A DNA stretch of 64,000 nucleotides from Thermoanaerobaculia bacterium (GTDB taxonomy: Bacteria > Acidobacteriota > Thermoanaerobaculia > Gp7-AA8), in NCBI GenBank assembly GCA_035544735.1, contig DATKCD010000093.1:86-64085 (forward strand), given 5' to 3'. Within the stretch, counting starts at the first letter, position 1, and each line of letters begins with the position of its first letter. Below the pieces are notes generated by a model, which was given only the letters and a program-made list of their open reading frames with translations, made no database searches and was not told the origin of the DNA. Of the stretch, positions 36,715-45,433 are shown in pieces. The translations under genes were made by a program, and so were the position numbers.

Positions 36715-37489
36715 TGGCTCTGTCCTTCTTGAACTGCTCGTAGACTTCGACGACGATCGGCAGCGCTTCTGCTCCCGAGCCGACCACTCGCGCGATCTCC
36801 ATGTCGGGCGGACTCAGCAGGCCATGCTCCAGCATCGTCCCCTTCATCCACTCGATCAGCCCTCCCCACATGTCTCCGACCAGTATCAACGGATGCTTCT
36901 TGATGTGCTTGACCTGGAGAAGCTGCCACACCAGAAACGTCTCGAGCGCGGTCCCGATCCCGCCCGGCATCACGATGAACGCCGAGGAGAGACGGACGAA
37001 ATGGTGAAGGCGTGAAAAGAACGTGCGGTGCCGGAAGATCTGATCGACGAACGGGTTCGCCTGTTCCTCGGTCGGCAGGTGAATCGGAAGGCCGAACGAG
37101 CGGGACCGGCTGTCGATCTGTCCCTCGACCGCACCGGCATTCGCCGCTTCCATCAGCCCCGGCCCTCCCCCCGTCACGATGTCAATCCCGAGCCGGGCCA
37201 GCTCGTAGCTCAGCTTCTTGACCTCGTCGTAAATCGGGTCGCCCCGCTTGATCCTCGAGCTGCCGAAGATCGACACCCGGAAGTGCTTGACCTGCTCCGG
37301 CTGGAGCTGCTCGAGGTCGTTGATCGTCTCCCAGAGCTGATAGACGGCTTTGTCGAGCACCCGGGCGGGATCGACGAACGAGCGCTTCCGTTCCTGGTGT
37401 TTCCGCAGAGTCTCGATTTCCGGGGTCGAGGTGCCCTTCCGGTCGGCCATACGGGGCCGATCATCATACCGCACCTCGCCCGGGTTCAC
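36680..37489 (-). CDS. LOG family protein (TIGR00730-type nucleotide phosphoribohydrolase)
   Basis: VTGGGPGLMEAAN and PGGIGTALE motifs. GTG start overlaps the SPOR gene stop (GTGA). The 3' end overlaps the apbC start by 35 nt. Confidence 0.85.
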   Translation of the reverse strand: MNPGEVRYDDRPRMADRKGTSTPEIETLRKHQERKRSFVDPARVLDKAVYQLWETINDLEQLQPEQVKHFRVSIFGSSRIKRGDPIYDEVKKLSYELARLGIDIVTGGGPGLMEAANAGAVEGQIDSRSRSFGLPIHLPTEEQANPFVDQIFRHRTFFSRLHHFVRLSSAFIVMPGGIGTALETFLVWQLLQVKHIKKHPLILVGDMWGGLIEWMKGTMLEHGLLSPPDMEIARVVGSGAEALPIVVEVYEQFKKDRANAHGSRNHRSP

Positions 37490-38064
37490 GGGCGCGTGAT
37501 GAGCACTTCGTCCGCGCCCGAGATCGCACGCAGCCGCGACTCCGCGGACCGCGCCGCCGCCTCGGTGGAGAACCGGACCCGAACCCGATGGATCATTCCG
37601 CGATCGGTCTGGACGCGCTCGACGTACGCACCGTCGAATCCCGCCTCGATCAGGCGGGCGGCGAGCGCCTCGGCTCGGGCCTGCTCCGAGCTGGCCAGCA
37701 CCTGGGCGAGCACCGGGCCTGCCCCGGCCGGCGACTCGATCTCCCGCGGAATCGCGGGAGGCGTCGGCGAGATCTCGTCGATGACGGCGGACGGAATCGG
37801 GCGCGGCGGCGCTTTCGGTTCCGCATCGACCGGTTCGGCCTCCACGATCCGCGAGCCGTCGCCGGGAGCCGGCCCCTCGGTGAGCACCGGCGGCTCGCTC
37901 CTGACGACCAGCCGCTCGTCGAGCTGGCCGCGCCCGACCAGCACGCCGAACGCGAAGGCCGCTCCGAGCGAGCAGAGAAGGAGTACGAAGGCGATGAAGG
38001 CCTGACCGGCCGTGAGCGAGATCTCGTAGTGGGACGAATCGTCAGGGATCGAATGCTCCGTCAT
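37486..38064 (-). CDS. SPOR-domain protein, single-pass membrane
   Basis: TM helix AFIAFVLLLCSLGAAFAFGVLV, Pro-rich linker, C-terminal SPOR-like VLAQVLASSEQARAEALAARLIEAGFDGAYVERV...HRVRV. Confidence 0.75.
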   Translation of the reverse strand: MTEHSIPDDSSHYEISLTAGQAFIAFVLLLCSLGAAFAFGVLVGRGQLDERLVVRSEPPVLTEGPAPGDGSRIVEAEPVDAEPKAPPRPIPSAVIDEISPTPPAIPREIESPAGAGPVLAQVLASSEQARAEALAARLIEAGFDGAYVERVQTDRGMIHRVRVRFSTEAAARSAESRLRAISGADEVLITRP

Positions 38065-38131
38065 GACTCCCTCCTCCCCTGCCGGCGCGCGGGCGGCCCG
38101 CCCTTCCGGCTCCCGGCCCCGGCCCTCCGGC

Positions 38132-38779
38132 TCAGGGCGTCGGCTGCGGCGCAGCCGCGTTCCAGTTCACATGGTAAACGATCCCGTCGTCGAAGTAGAC
38201 CGCGGCGGCTCCGCCGTCCTCCCGGGGGAAGATCCAGACCGAGTAGAGCCGATCGTCCTGGCGCGCGTGCTTGATCCAGTCCTCGCGGGGGGTCCCGAGG
38301 CGGGAGGCGACCTCGCGCTCGCTCATGCCGGCGCGAACCGAGGCGAAGTCGTCCATCGAGACGAACCTGCGCGACTGCGCCATGTTCAGACGTCTGCGGG
38401 CGTCGTCGTTGTCGGGATCGACCGCGAGAGCGGAGCGGTAGAGCTCGATCGCCCGCTCGTAGCGCGCGAGCAAGCTCATGTAGGCATCGCCGAGCCGGAT
38501 CCGCTCGTTCGCGAGAAGCCTCGCCGCGCGTGGATCACCGGTCCGGCCATGGTACTCGCGCAGCCGGCCGAGCAGGGGGGCGAGGGTCGGTTCGAGGCGC
38601 TGCTGGTTCCGCAGATGGATCTCCACGTGCTCGCTCCGCGAGGCGCCGGGCGGCGGCTGAGGCAGGACGCGCCGCAGCGACTCGACCGTCTGGTATTCAG
38701 CCCAGAGCGAGGTCCACTCCCGATCGTTCGGCCGCGTCGGGAGGGCCGTGGCACAGGCAGCCGAAAGCAGCAGAATCAT
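38132..38779 (-). CDS. Lipoprotein with TPR-like and SmpA/OmlA (BamE-like) segments; start uncertain
   Basis: MILLLSAAC lipobox at ATG 38779. LGDAYMSLLARYERAIELYRSALAVDPDN; FASVRAGMSEREVASRLGTP. The ORF stays open upstream through the repeat arm. Confidence 0.65.
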   Translation of the reverse strand: MILLLSAACATALPTRPNDREWTSLWAEYQTVESLRRVLPQPPPGASRSEHVEIHLRNQQRLEPTLAPLLGRLREYHGRTGDPRAARLLANERIRLGDAYMSLLARYERAIELYRSALAVDPDNDDARRRLNMAQSRRFVSMDDFASVRAGMSEREVASRLGTPREDWIKHARQDDRLYSVWIFPREDGGAAAVYFDDGIVYHVNWNAAAPQPTP

Positions 38780-38780
38780 T

Positions 38781-39160
38781 AAGGCATTGATGATTGAGGA
38801 TTGATGATTGATGATTGAAGGCATTGTTGATTGATGATTGATGATTGAGGATTGATGATTGAAAAGCATTGATCATGGATGACTGAAAGGCATTGAAGGT
38901 GATTGATGAATCGGGATCGATCCTCGGATCGGTGAGCTCCGCTCCGACTGCTGAATGTTGATTTCTGCCGGCTGATTGCGACGACGATCTCTACTACGCA
39001 TCGCTGCCTTTCAATCATCAATCATCAGGCTTTGCAATCATCAATCCTCAATCCTCAATCATCAATCCTCAATCATCAATGCTTTGCAATCATCAATCAT
39101 CAATCATCGATCATCAATGCCTTGCAATCATCAATCATCGATCATCAATGCTTTTCAATG
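38781..39160. repeat. AT-rich palindromic element made of inverted TGATTGA heptamer arrays (copy 2)
   Basis: Left arm 38781-38912 is (TGATTGA/GGATTGA)n. Right arm 39006-39160 is (TCAATCA/TCAATCC)n. A perfect 28-bp inverted block pairs 38784-38811 with 39055-39082. Same GCATTGA and TTGCAA(A/G) punctuation as copy 1. Confidence 0.9.
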
Positions 39161-40270
39161 TCTCTTGAGGCCGTCGACCACGGGGGCGATCCGATCCTCG
39201 AGGCGCGCGCCGAACTCGGCGCGGATCTCGAAGATCCATCCGTAGAGGAGCTCGTTCACTACCGAATTGACGATGTCGTTGCGATCGGTCGATCCCGACG
39301 AGATGAGGTTGTTGAGGAGCTGATCGAAGTCGACCCGTCCTTCGTTCATCAGGTTGATCCCGCTCAGGTAGGGGAGGACCTCGGGGGAGAGATGGAGGAC
39401 GACGCGATCGAGGAAGTCGTAGATGTGATCTCCGATTTCCTGATAGACGATGCCGAAGATGAGCTGGAAGGCGGAATTGTAGCTTTCGACGCGCGATTCG
39501 AGCTCCATTTCGCGCTCGAGCTCGCTGCGGCGGGCGTCGCGCCGGATGCCCTCTTCGTCCTCGACCAGGTTGACGGCGAGCAGGGCCCAGAGGGTGCGGC
39601 AGGTCTGGAAGTTCGACAGATAGCTGCGCGCGCAGATCGATCCGACCGACTGCGGCTCGGAGAGCAGCTCGAAGATGATCGTCTCGTCCTCGCGCAGATC
39701 GAGATGGTAGATCCGCGAGTCTCCGTCGGCGGCCTGCCGGAGGGTGCGTTCCATCTTTCCGACTCCGCGAGAGACGAGCGACCATTCGGTGATGCGTCCG
39801 ACTCCGTCGAGCAGAAGGCGCTCGGTCTGGATGGGAAGGCGCGGGATCTCGCGGTCGAAATCCGCGGTGAACTCGATCGTGTAGCTGCCCGAGCGGTAGG
39901 CAAGGGCGTGGATGACGACATCCGAGACCTGGCGCTCGAGCGCGCGGACCAGCTCCTCCGGCTTCAGGTAGCCGAGCTCGCAGAGGACCGAGCCGATTCG
40001 CTGGTGGCTCGTGGCGCTCTCGGTGGCGCGGATGTAGTCGTGAATCCCGATCTCTCCGTTGCGCAGGAGCACTTCCGCGAGCCCGAGGTCGGGATCGGAG
40101 GTGGCTGCGTAGACGATCTTGCCCCGGCGGAGATAGATGCTGTCGTGCCGGCCGATGGCTTCGAGCGTGACGACCGCCGTCTCGGCGCTCCGGATCAGGG
40201 ATCGGCAGAGATCGGGCACCGTCGTCTCGGCCAGCGTTCCCTGAATGGTCAGCTCTTCGCTCATCGGCAC
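39155..40270 (-). CDS. DUF4388 (PATAN-type) domain protein
   Basis: N-terminus LTIQGTLAETTVPDLCRSLIRSAETAVVTLEAIGRHDSIYLRRGKIVYA fits the DUF4388 pattern (G-L, hydrophobic block, G-x-L, G-x-iv-A). Starts 1 nt after the GGDEF gene stop. Confidence 0.75.
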   Translation of the reverse strand: MPMSEELTIQGTLAETTVPDLCRSLIRSAETAVVTLEAIGRHDSIYLRRGKIVYAATSDPDLGLAEVLLRNGEIGIHDYIRATESATSHQRIGSVLCELGYLKPEELVRALERQVSDVVIHALAYRSGSYTIEFTADFDREIPRLPIQTERLLLDGVGRITEWSLVSRGVGKMERTLRQAADGDSRIYHLDLREDETIIFELLSEPQSVGSICARSYLSNFQTCRTLWALLAVNLVEDEEGIRRDARRSELEREMELESRVESYNSAFQLIFGIVYQEIGDHIYDFLDRVVLHLSPEVLPYLSGINLMNEGRVDFDQLLNNLISSGSTDRNDIVNSVVNELLYGWIFEIRAEFGARLEDRIAPVVDGLKRH

Positions 40271-40271
40271 C

Positions 40272-41570
40272 TCACGCCTGACGGCGCGTCTGGCCGAGAA
40301 CTTCCGCCATGCCGACCGAGTTCTTGGTCGTCGACTTGACGCGGTACATCGCCGCGTCGGCCTGCCGGATCAGGTCCTCCTTCGTGGCGGCATGCACGGG
40401 GAAGGTGGCGATCCCGAAGCTGGCGGTGATGTCGACCTGGACGTCGGGCTCGATCCGGAAGGCGCTCTCGATGACCGATTTGCGGACGCGGTTCGCGACC
40501 GCCCGCGCCTGCTCCTGATCGGTCTGAGGCAGGATGATGCAGAACTCGTCGCCGCCGAAACGGACCACCTTGTCGATCGCGCGCACGGCCGACAGGATCC
40601 GCTTCGCCACCTCCTGCAGGGTCCGCGAACCGGCGAGATGTCCGTACAGATCGTTCACCCGCTTGAGCTCGTCCAGGTCGAGGAAGATGATCGAGAAGAA
40701 GGTGCCGTAGCGCCGCGAGCGCTCGATCTCCTCGTCCAGATACGACTCGAAGAAGCGGCGGTTGTACGCCTTCGTCAGGTCGTCCCGCATCGCGAGCTCG
40801 TTGCTGCGCGAGAGCTGATAGAGGTTGCCCAGTATCGCCGTCACCCCTTCGACGTAACGGATCGCCCGCCTCGCACGCGCAGGATCGAACCGCTCGCTCC
40901 GCCTCCCCATCACCCGCAGCAGCCCGATCAGATCCTGTCCCGCCTGGATCGGCGCGATCAGGATCGCCCGCCCATCCTCCGCCCCCTCCGCATACCCCGT
41001 CTCCGACGAGAGCGCCTCTTCCAGCATCTCGCTCGACACCCCCGGCACGAAGTCGCCGTCGTCGTGATATTCGGCGTCGTTCGTGAACGCCACCACGAAC
41101 CGCTCGATCCGCGGATCGTGCAGCAGCAGCGTCCCCGACTGCGCGTCGAGCAGGTGCAGCGCCGTGTTCGTGATCCGCTCCGACACCGCATCGAAGTTCG
41201 CGATCGCCACCAACTCCTGCAGATGCTGCGAGAACTCCAGCTCGCTCAACAACTGCGTCACCAGCGATCGCGCCTTCGCCAGATCCCGACACATCAGCAG
41301 CCCGGGCCGCGGATCCGACCAGAACGCCGACGCCTCCACCACCAGGTCGCCCACGTCGCGCTCCGCTTCCGGCCCCTCCCCACCGACGATGATCCGGCAC
41401 AGATACTTCCCCGTCGCCGACACCTCGGCGAGCTGATCGGGGTCGACCACCGCGATCACCGCCTCCGGAAGCAGCTCGGGCGCGCCGAAAACGAACCCCT
41501 CCCCCACGCGCTCGAGCTCACGGAGCAGCCCCTCGCGTCGACTGAGGACAGCGACCGCCACCTGTTCCAT
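40272..41570 (-). CDS. GAF-domain diguanylate cyclase (GGDEF)
   Basis: DDLTKAYNRRFF, FLDLDELKRVNDLYGH, RFGGDEF. A central GAF-like region precedes the cyclase domain. Confidence 0.9.
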   Translation of the reverse strand: MEQVAVAVLSRREGLLRELERVGEGFVFGAPELLPEAVIAVVDPDQLAEVSATGKYLCRIIVGGEGPEAERDVGDLVVEASAFWSDPRPGLLMCRDLAKARSLVTQLLSELEFSQHLQELVAIANFDAVSERITNTALHLLDAQSGTLLLHDPRIERFVVAFTNDAEYHDDGDFVPGVSSEMLEEALSSETGYAEGAEDGRAILIAPIQAGQDLIGLLRVMGRRSERFDPARARRAIRYVEGVTAILGNLYQLSRSNELAMRDDLTKAYNRRFFESYLDEEIERSRRYGTFFSIIFLDLDELKRVNDLYGHLAGSRTLQEVAKRILSAVRAIDKVVRFGGDEFCIILPQTDQEQARAVANRVRKSVIESAFRIEPDVQVDITASFGIATFPVHAATKEDLIRQADAAMYRVKSTTKNSVGMAEVLGQTRRQA

Positions 41571-41657
41571 ATCGCCTTCTGCCCGGCCATTTTACGACAT
41601 GCACGAGCCCGCACGAGGCTCGTGTCACAATGACCTCCGCAGGACCACTGGCCGCCG

Positions 41658-42494
41658 ATGATCGATCTCGCTCAGATCGTGCTCGAATCCGCTCCCCCAC
41701 GCCAGCGCCGCCTCGCCGAGCTCGACCGGACCACCCTCGGCCACTCGGCGCGCATCACCACCCTCCGACTCCGCCATGGACGCCTCCTGGACGGCGATTC
41801 GCTCCGCCGGAGCCTCGCCGCGGGGCTCCGGCGGAGCGGAGCCGGGGTCGCCCACGTCTACGCCTTCCCCACCATCCCTTCCCGGATCGCGCGGCAGATC
41901 GCGATTCCATTCGTCGCGCCCGGACCGACCGCCCCCGGCTGGCTCCCCTGGCCCTCCCCCCGCCAGCCGACCCGGATTCTCGGCGCTCTCGCCGCCGACG
42001 CGGTCGAGGAGGCGTGGTTCGCCGTCGATCCCCCTTCCGGGCCGGGCGTCCGCGTCGGGATCGTCGCGGCGAGCGAGTCGTCACGCCGGATGCTCGAGGC
42101 GACGCGCCTCCGCGTCGAGCGTTTCCGCGACGATCTTCGCTGGATCGTCTTCGATCGGATGCCGGGCCCGGAGGCGATGCGCGAGATCGACGTCTGGCTC
42201 GATCCTTCCGAGGAGCCGGAGGCGGATGGCGGAACCCCGGAGGCGATGGCCGCGGGGAAGATCGTGGTGGCGGCGGCGACGGAGGCGGGCCGGAGGAGGC
42301 TGGACCAGGGGCGCGCCGGGTTCCTCGTGCCGCCGGGCGATGCGAACGAGATGGCGCACGCGCTTCTGAATGCGCTGTTCAAGCCGGAGCTGGCGCGCCC
42401 GCGAGCGGAGCGGGGGCGCGCCGCCGCGGAAGCGTTTCACCCCTCGCGACGAGCCGAGCGCCTGCTCGAGATCTACCGCTCGGTGACGCCGTGA
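41658..42494 (+). CDS. Short glycosyltransferase family 1/4-like protein (divergent)
   Basis: C-terminal GT-B signature-like EAMAAGKIVVAAATEAGRRRLDQGRAGFLVPPGDANEMAHAL. The N-terminal half is poorly conserved. Confidence 0.5.
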   Translation: MIDLAQIVLESAPPRQRRLAELDRTTLGHSARITTLRLRHGRLLDGDSLRRSLAAGLRRSGAGVAHVYAFPTIPSRIARQIAIPFVAPGPTAPGWLPWPSPRQPTRILGALAADAVEEAWFAVDPPSGPGVRVGIVAASESSRRMLEATRLRVERFRDDLRWIVFDRMPGPEAMREIDVWLDPSEEPEADGGTPEAMAAGKIVVAAATEAGRRRLDQGRAGFLVPPGDANEMAHALLNALFKPELARPRAERGRAAAEAFHPSRRAERLLEIYRSVTP

Positions 42495-43720
42495 AGCCAA
42501 TCCTGGATCAGGCGAGCGAGCTCCAGCGGCGGGTGCTCGATCAGGCGGCGGGAATCGCGCGGGAGCAGCGGGTGCAGGCATGGATCGTCGGCGGTCCGGT
42601 CCGCGACGCCCTTCTGGGGCGGCGATTCGGCGACCTCGACTTCACGCTCGAGCGGGAGGCGGAGCCGTTCGCCGCGGAGCTCGCGCGCCGGCTCGGTGGG
42701 ACGGTGGCGACATTCCCGTCGTTTCTCACGGCGCGCGTGAGGCTGCCGGGCGGCGAGGAGGTGGACGTGGCGACCACGCGCGCCGAGAGCTACGGCCGGC
42801 CGGGCGCACTGCCGGCGGTCCGGCCGGGCGGGCTGGAAGACGACCTCCGCCGGCGCGACGTCACCGTGAACGCGATGGCGATCGATCTCGCATCCGGATC
42901 GGTGAGCGACCCGACCGGCGGCCGCGCAGACCTCGCCGCGGGTCTTCTCCGCGCCATTCATCGCCGTAGCTTCATCGACGATCCGACGCGGATCCTGCGG
43001 GTTTTGCGGCTCGGCGAGCGTCTCGGCTTCCGGCCCGAGCCCGAGACCGCGGGATGGATGGAGGACGCGATCGGGGGGAAGGCGCTGGAGACGGTCTCGC
43101 GGGAGCGGCGGTGGCGCGAGCTGCGCCTGGCGCTCGACGAGCCGCGCGCGGCCGCGGCGGTGGAAGCGATGGCGCGCGCCGCAGCGCTCGACTCGCTTCT
43201 CGGACGGCTGCGCGGCGAGAGGGAGCGCGCCGACCTTCTCGCGCGCGCGGAGCGGCTCTCACGCTCCGATCCTTCCCTCGATCGCGAGCTTCTCTTTCTC
43301 CACGCGCTGCTCGAGCCCCGCGACCCGATCCCCCCGCTCGAGGGCTCCGGGCTCTCGTCCGACCGGGCGGCACGCCTGGTGGAGCTGCTCGGCGCGGAGG
43401 CGGCCGCGGAGAGGCTCGAGGCCGAGGAGGAGGAGGCAGCGGCAGCTCTCCTCGAGCGCGCCTCGGGCGAGCTGCTCGCGCTCCTCGGCGAGCGGCCGGA
43501 GCTCGGCCCCGCGGTAGCCCTCGCGAGCCGGATCCGGCAGACCCGGCTTCCGTTCGGCGCCGACCAGCTCGGCGTGGCCCCGGGACCCCACGTCGGGCTG
43601 GCCCTGCGCGACACCCGCCGCGCTCTCGCCGCCGGCGCCCTTTCCCCCGACCTCGCCCTCGCTTTTGCGCGCGAGCGGGCCTTGGAGTATCTTCGTTCCG
43701 GGGAGGGGGCGAGGCGATGA
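42491..43720 (+). CDS. CCA-adding enzyme / poly(A) polymerase family nucleotidyltransferase
   Basis: GTG start overlapping the upstream stop (GTGA). IVGGPVRDALLGR..DLDF, RRDVTVNAMA, DPTRILRVLR. Confidence 0.8.
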   Translation: MKPILDQASELQRRVLDQAAGIAREQRVQAWIVGGPVRDALLGRRFGDLDFTLEREAEPFAAELARRLGGTVATFPSFLTARVRLPGGEEVDVATTRAESYGRPGALPAVRPGGLEDDLRRRDVTVNAMAIDLASGSVSDPTGGRADLAAGLLRAIHRRSFIDDPTRILRVLRLGERLGFRPEPETAGWMEDAIGGKALETVSRERRWRELRLALDEPRAAAAVEAMARAAALDSLLGRLRGERERADLLARAERLSRSDPSLDRELLFLHALLEPRDPIPPLEGSGLSSDRAARLVELLGAEAAAERLEAEEEEAAAALLERASGELLALLGERPELGPAVALASRIRQTRLPFGADQLGVAPGPHVGLALRDTRRALAAGALSPDLALAFARERALEYLRSGEGARR

Positions 43721-44478
43721 ATTCATCTTCAGTCCTGTGCGCGATCGCCTGCGGCGCCGTCGTCGCTTCGGCGGCCTTCGCGCAGGCGCCCCAGCCGGGA
43801 GACGCCATCAGCATTCCCATCCCCGACCTCGGCCGGCAGACCATCGAGTATCAGGTCGTCGAGCTCGCGGGCGCCCGGCCCGCCGACGAATCCCTCCTCG
43901 TCGATGGCCGGCTTCCCGCGGCCTTCGCCGACCTCGTCTCCGATCTCGGCTCGATCCACCAGAAGATCTCCCTGTTCGAGAACGGGCTCGTCTCGATCGA
44001 GCTCGCCGGAGCCGGAGGACGGATCCGGAAGCGCGTGATCATCCCCCCCGACGCAGTCCTCGCCTACCGGGAGTTCTTCACGCCGGACGATCTGGCCGAC
44101 TTCCGTCCGGTCGACTCGGGCGAGGCGGGGCGCGATCAGGTCGTGATGCGCATCGCCGCGAAGGATCAGCCGGCCGTCGAGCGGAAGTTCCGCGCGACCA
44201 TCGCCCTTCCCCATCGCGTCGAGCGTTACCGCCTCGTCCTGCAGGACCTGCTCCGCGCCCTCGCCGAGGACCGGGAGGTCACCAACCCGATCACCGGCTA
44301 CGAGCCGAAGATCGGCGACATGCTCATCTCCGACGAGCAGCGGGCCTACGAGCTCGTGAGGATCCTCCAGGGAGGCGAGCTGCTCGAGCTGCGGAGCACG
44401 AGCGAGCCGGTGCGGCGGTTCGTCCCGCGGAAGGACCTCCATCTGTACTTCATCGGTGTCCGCCCCGCCGTTCCCTGA
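43717..44478 (+). CDS. Secreted hypothetical protein
   Basis: ATGA overlap with the upstream gene. Signal peptide MNSSSVLCAIACGAVVASAAFAQA. No recognisable motifs. Confidence 0.55.
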   Translation: MNSSSVLCAIACGAVVASAAFAQAPQPGDAISIPIPDLGRQTIEYQVVELAGARPADESLLVDGRLPAAFADLVSDLGSIHQKISLFENGLVSIELAGAGGRIRKRVIIPPDAVLAYREFFTPDDLADFRPVDSGEAGRDQVVMRIAAKDQPAVERKFRATIALPHRVERYRLVLQDLLRALAEDREVTNPITGYEPKIGDMLISDEQRAYELVRILQGGELLELRSTSEPVRRFVPRKDLHLYFIGVRPAVP

Positions 44479-45044
44479 TGGGTGCCCTTCGAATCAGCGG
44501 AGGATCGCTGCGAGGGCGGAAGATCCCGCTGCCCGCGGGCGAGGTGCGAGCGACGTCGGCGCGGGCCCGCGAGGCCTACTTCAACGTCGTCGCTCCTTCG
44601 ATCGGGGGAGCGCGTTTCCTCGATCTGTACACCGGGAGCGGAATGTTCGCCCTCGAGGCGGCCTCGCGCGGCGCGGGGCGGATCGTGGCGGTCGATCGCT
44701 CACAGCGCGCCGTGAGCGCCCTGTCGGCTCTGGCACGGGAATGGAACCTTCCGATCGAAACCATGCGCGCCGATGCCATCCAGGCGATCGGGCGGCTCCA
44801 GCCCGCCGCCCCCTTCGACCTGGTCTATGTCGATCCTCCCTGGGACGATCCCGGGTACGCGGAGGTGATCGAGACGATCGACCGGCGCCTCCCACTCGAA
44901 GCGGGCGCGCTGGTCGCCGCCGAGCACCGCTCCGGAGCGCTCCCCTTCGTCGCGGAGCGCCTCGATCGCCTGCACGTCCGGAAGCGTTATCGATACGGCG
45001 CGGTCTCGATCACGATGCTGGAGGCGGAAGGAAGAGCGCGATGA
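44478..45044 (+). CDS. rsmD: 16S rRNA (guanine966-N2)-methyltransferase
   Basis: MGALRISGGSLRGRKIP, LDLYTGSGMFALEA (SAM site), VYVDPPW. Confidence 0.85.
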   Translation: MGALRISGGSLRGRKIPLPAGEVRATSARAREAYFNVVAPSIGGARFLDLYTGSGMFALEAASRGAGRIVAVDRSQRAVSALSALAREWNLPIETMRADAIQAIGRLQPAAPFDLVYVDPPWDDPGYAEVIETIDRRLPLEAGALVAAEHRSGALPFVAERLDRLHVRKRYRYGAVSITMLEAEGRAR

Positions 45045-45367
45045 CGGACCAGTCGCTCGAGATCACCCCCGCCCGGCTCGAGGCGATGCGCGATTCGGGC
45101 GAGGCGCTGCACCTGGTCGACGTCCGCGCCCCATGGGAGCACGAGATCGCCGCGATCGAAGGCGACGTCCTGATCCCGCTCGGAGAGCTGGAGGGGCGGA
45201 CGCACGAGCTCGAGCGCGGGCGGACGGTCGTCCTCTACTGTCACCACGGGGCGAGGTCGTGGGTCGCCGCCCGCGCACTCCGGGCGGCGGGGTGGGAGGC
45301 GGTCTCGCTCGCGGGCGGCATCGAGCGATGGGCGCTCGAGATCGATCGGTCGATGCGAAGATACTGA
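45041..45367 (+). CDS. Rhodanese-like domain protein
   Basis: ATGA overlap. LVDVRAPWEHE, active-site loop YCHHGARS. Confidence 0.85.
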   Translation: MTDQSLEITPARLEAMRDSGEALHLVDVRAPWEHEIAAIEGDVLIPLGELEGRTHELERGRTVVLYCHHGARSWVAARALRAAGWEAVSLAGGIERWALEIDRSMRRY

Positions 45368-45433
45368 CCGGCGAAATGGCCGGCCTCGCGCCGGCGTTCC
45401 GTGGTCGGAAGAGCGGAGGCTTCGACGAAGCGT

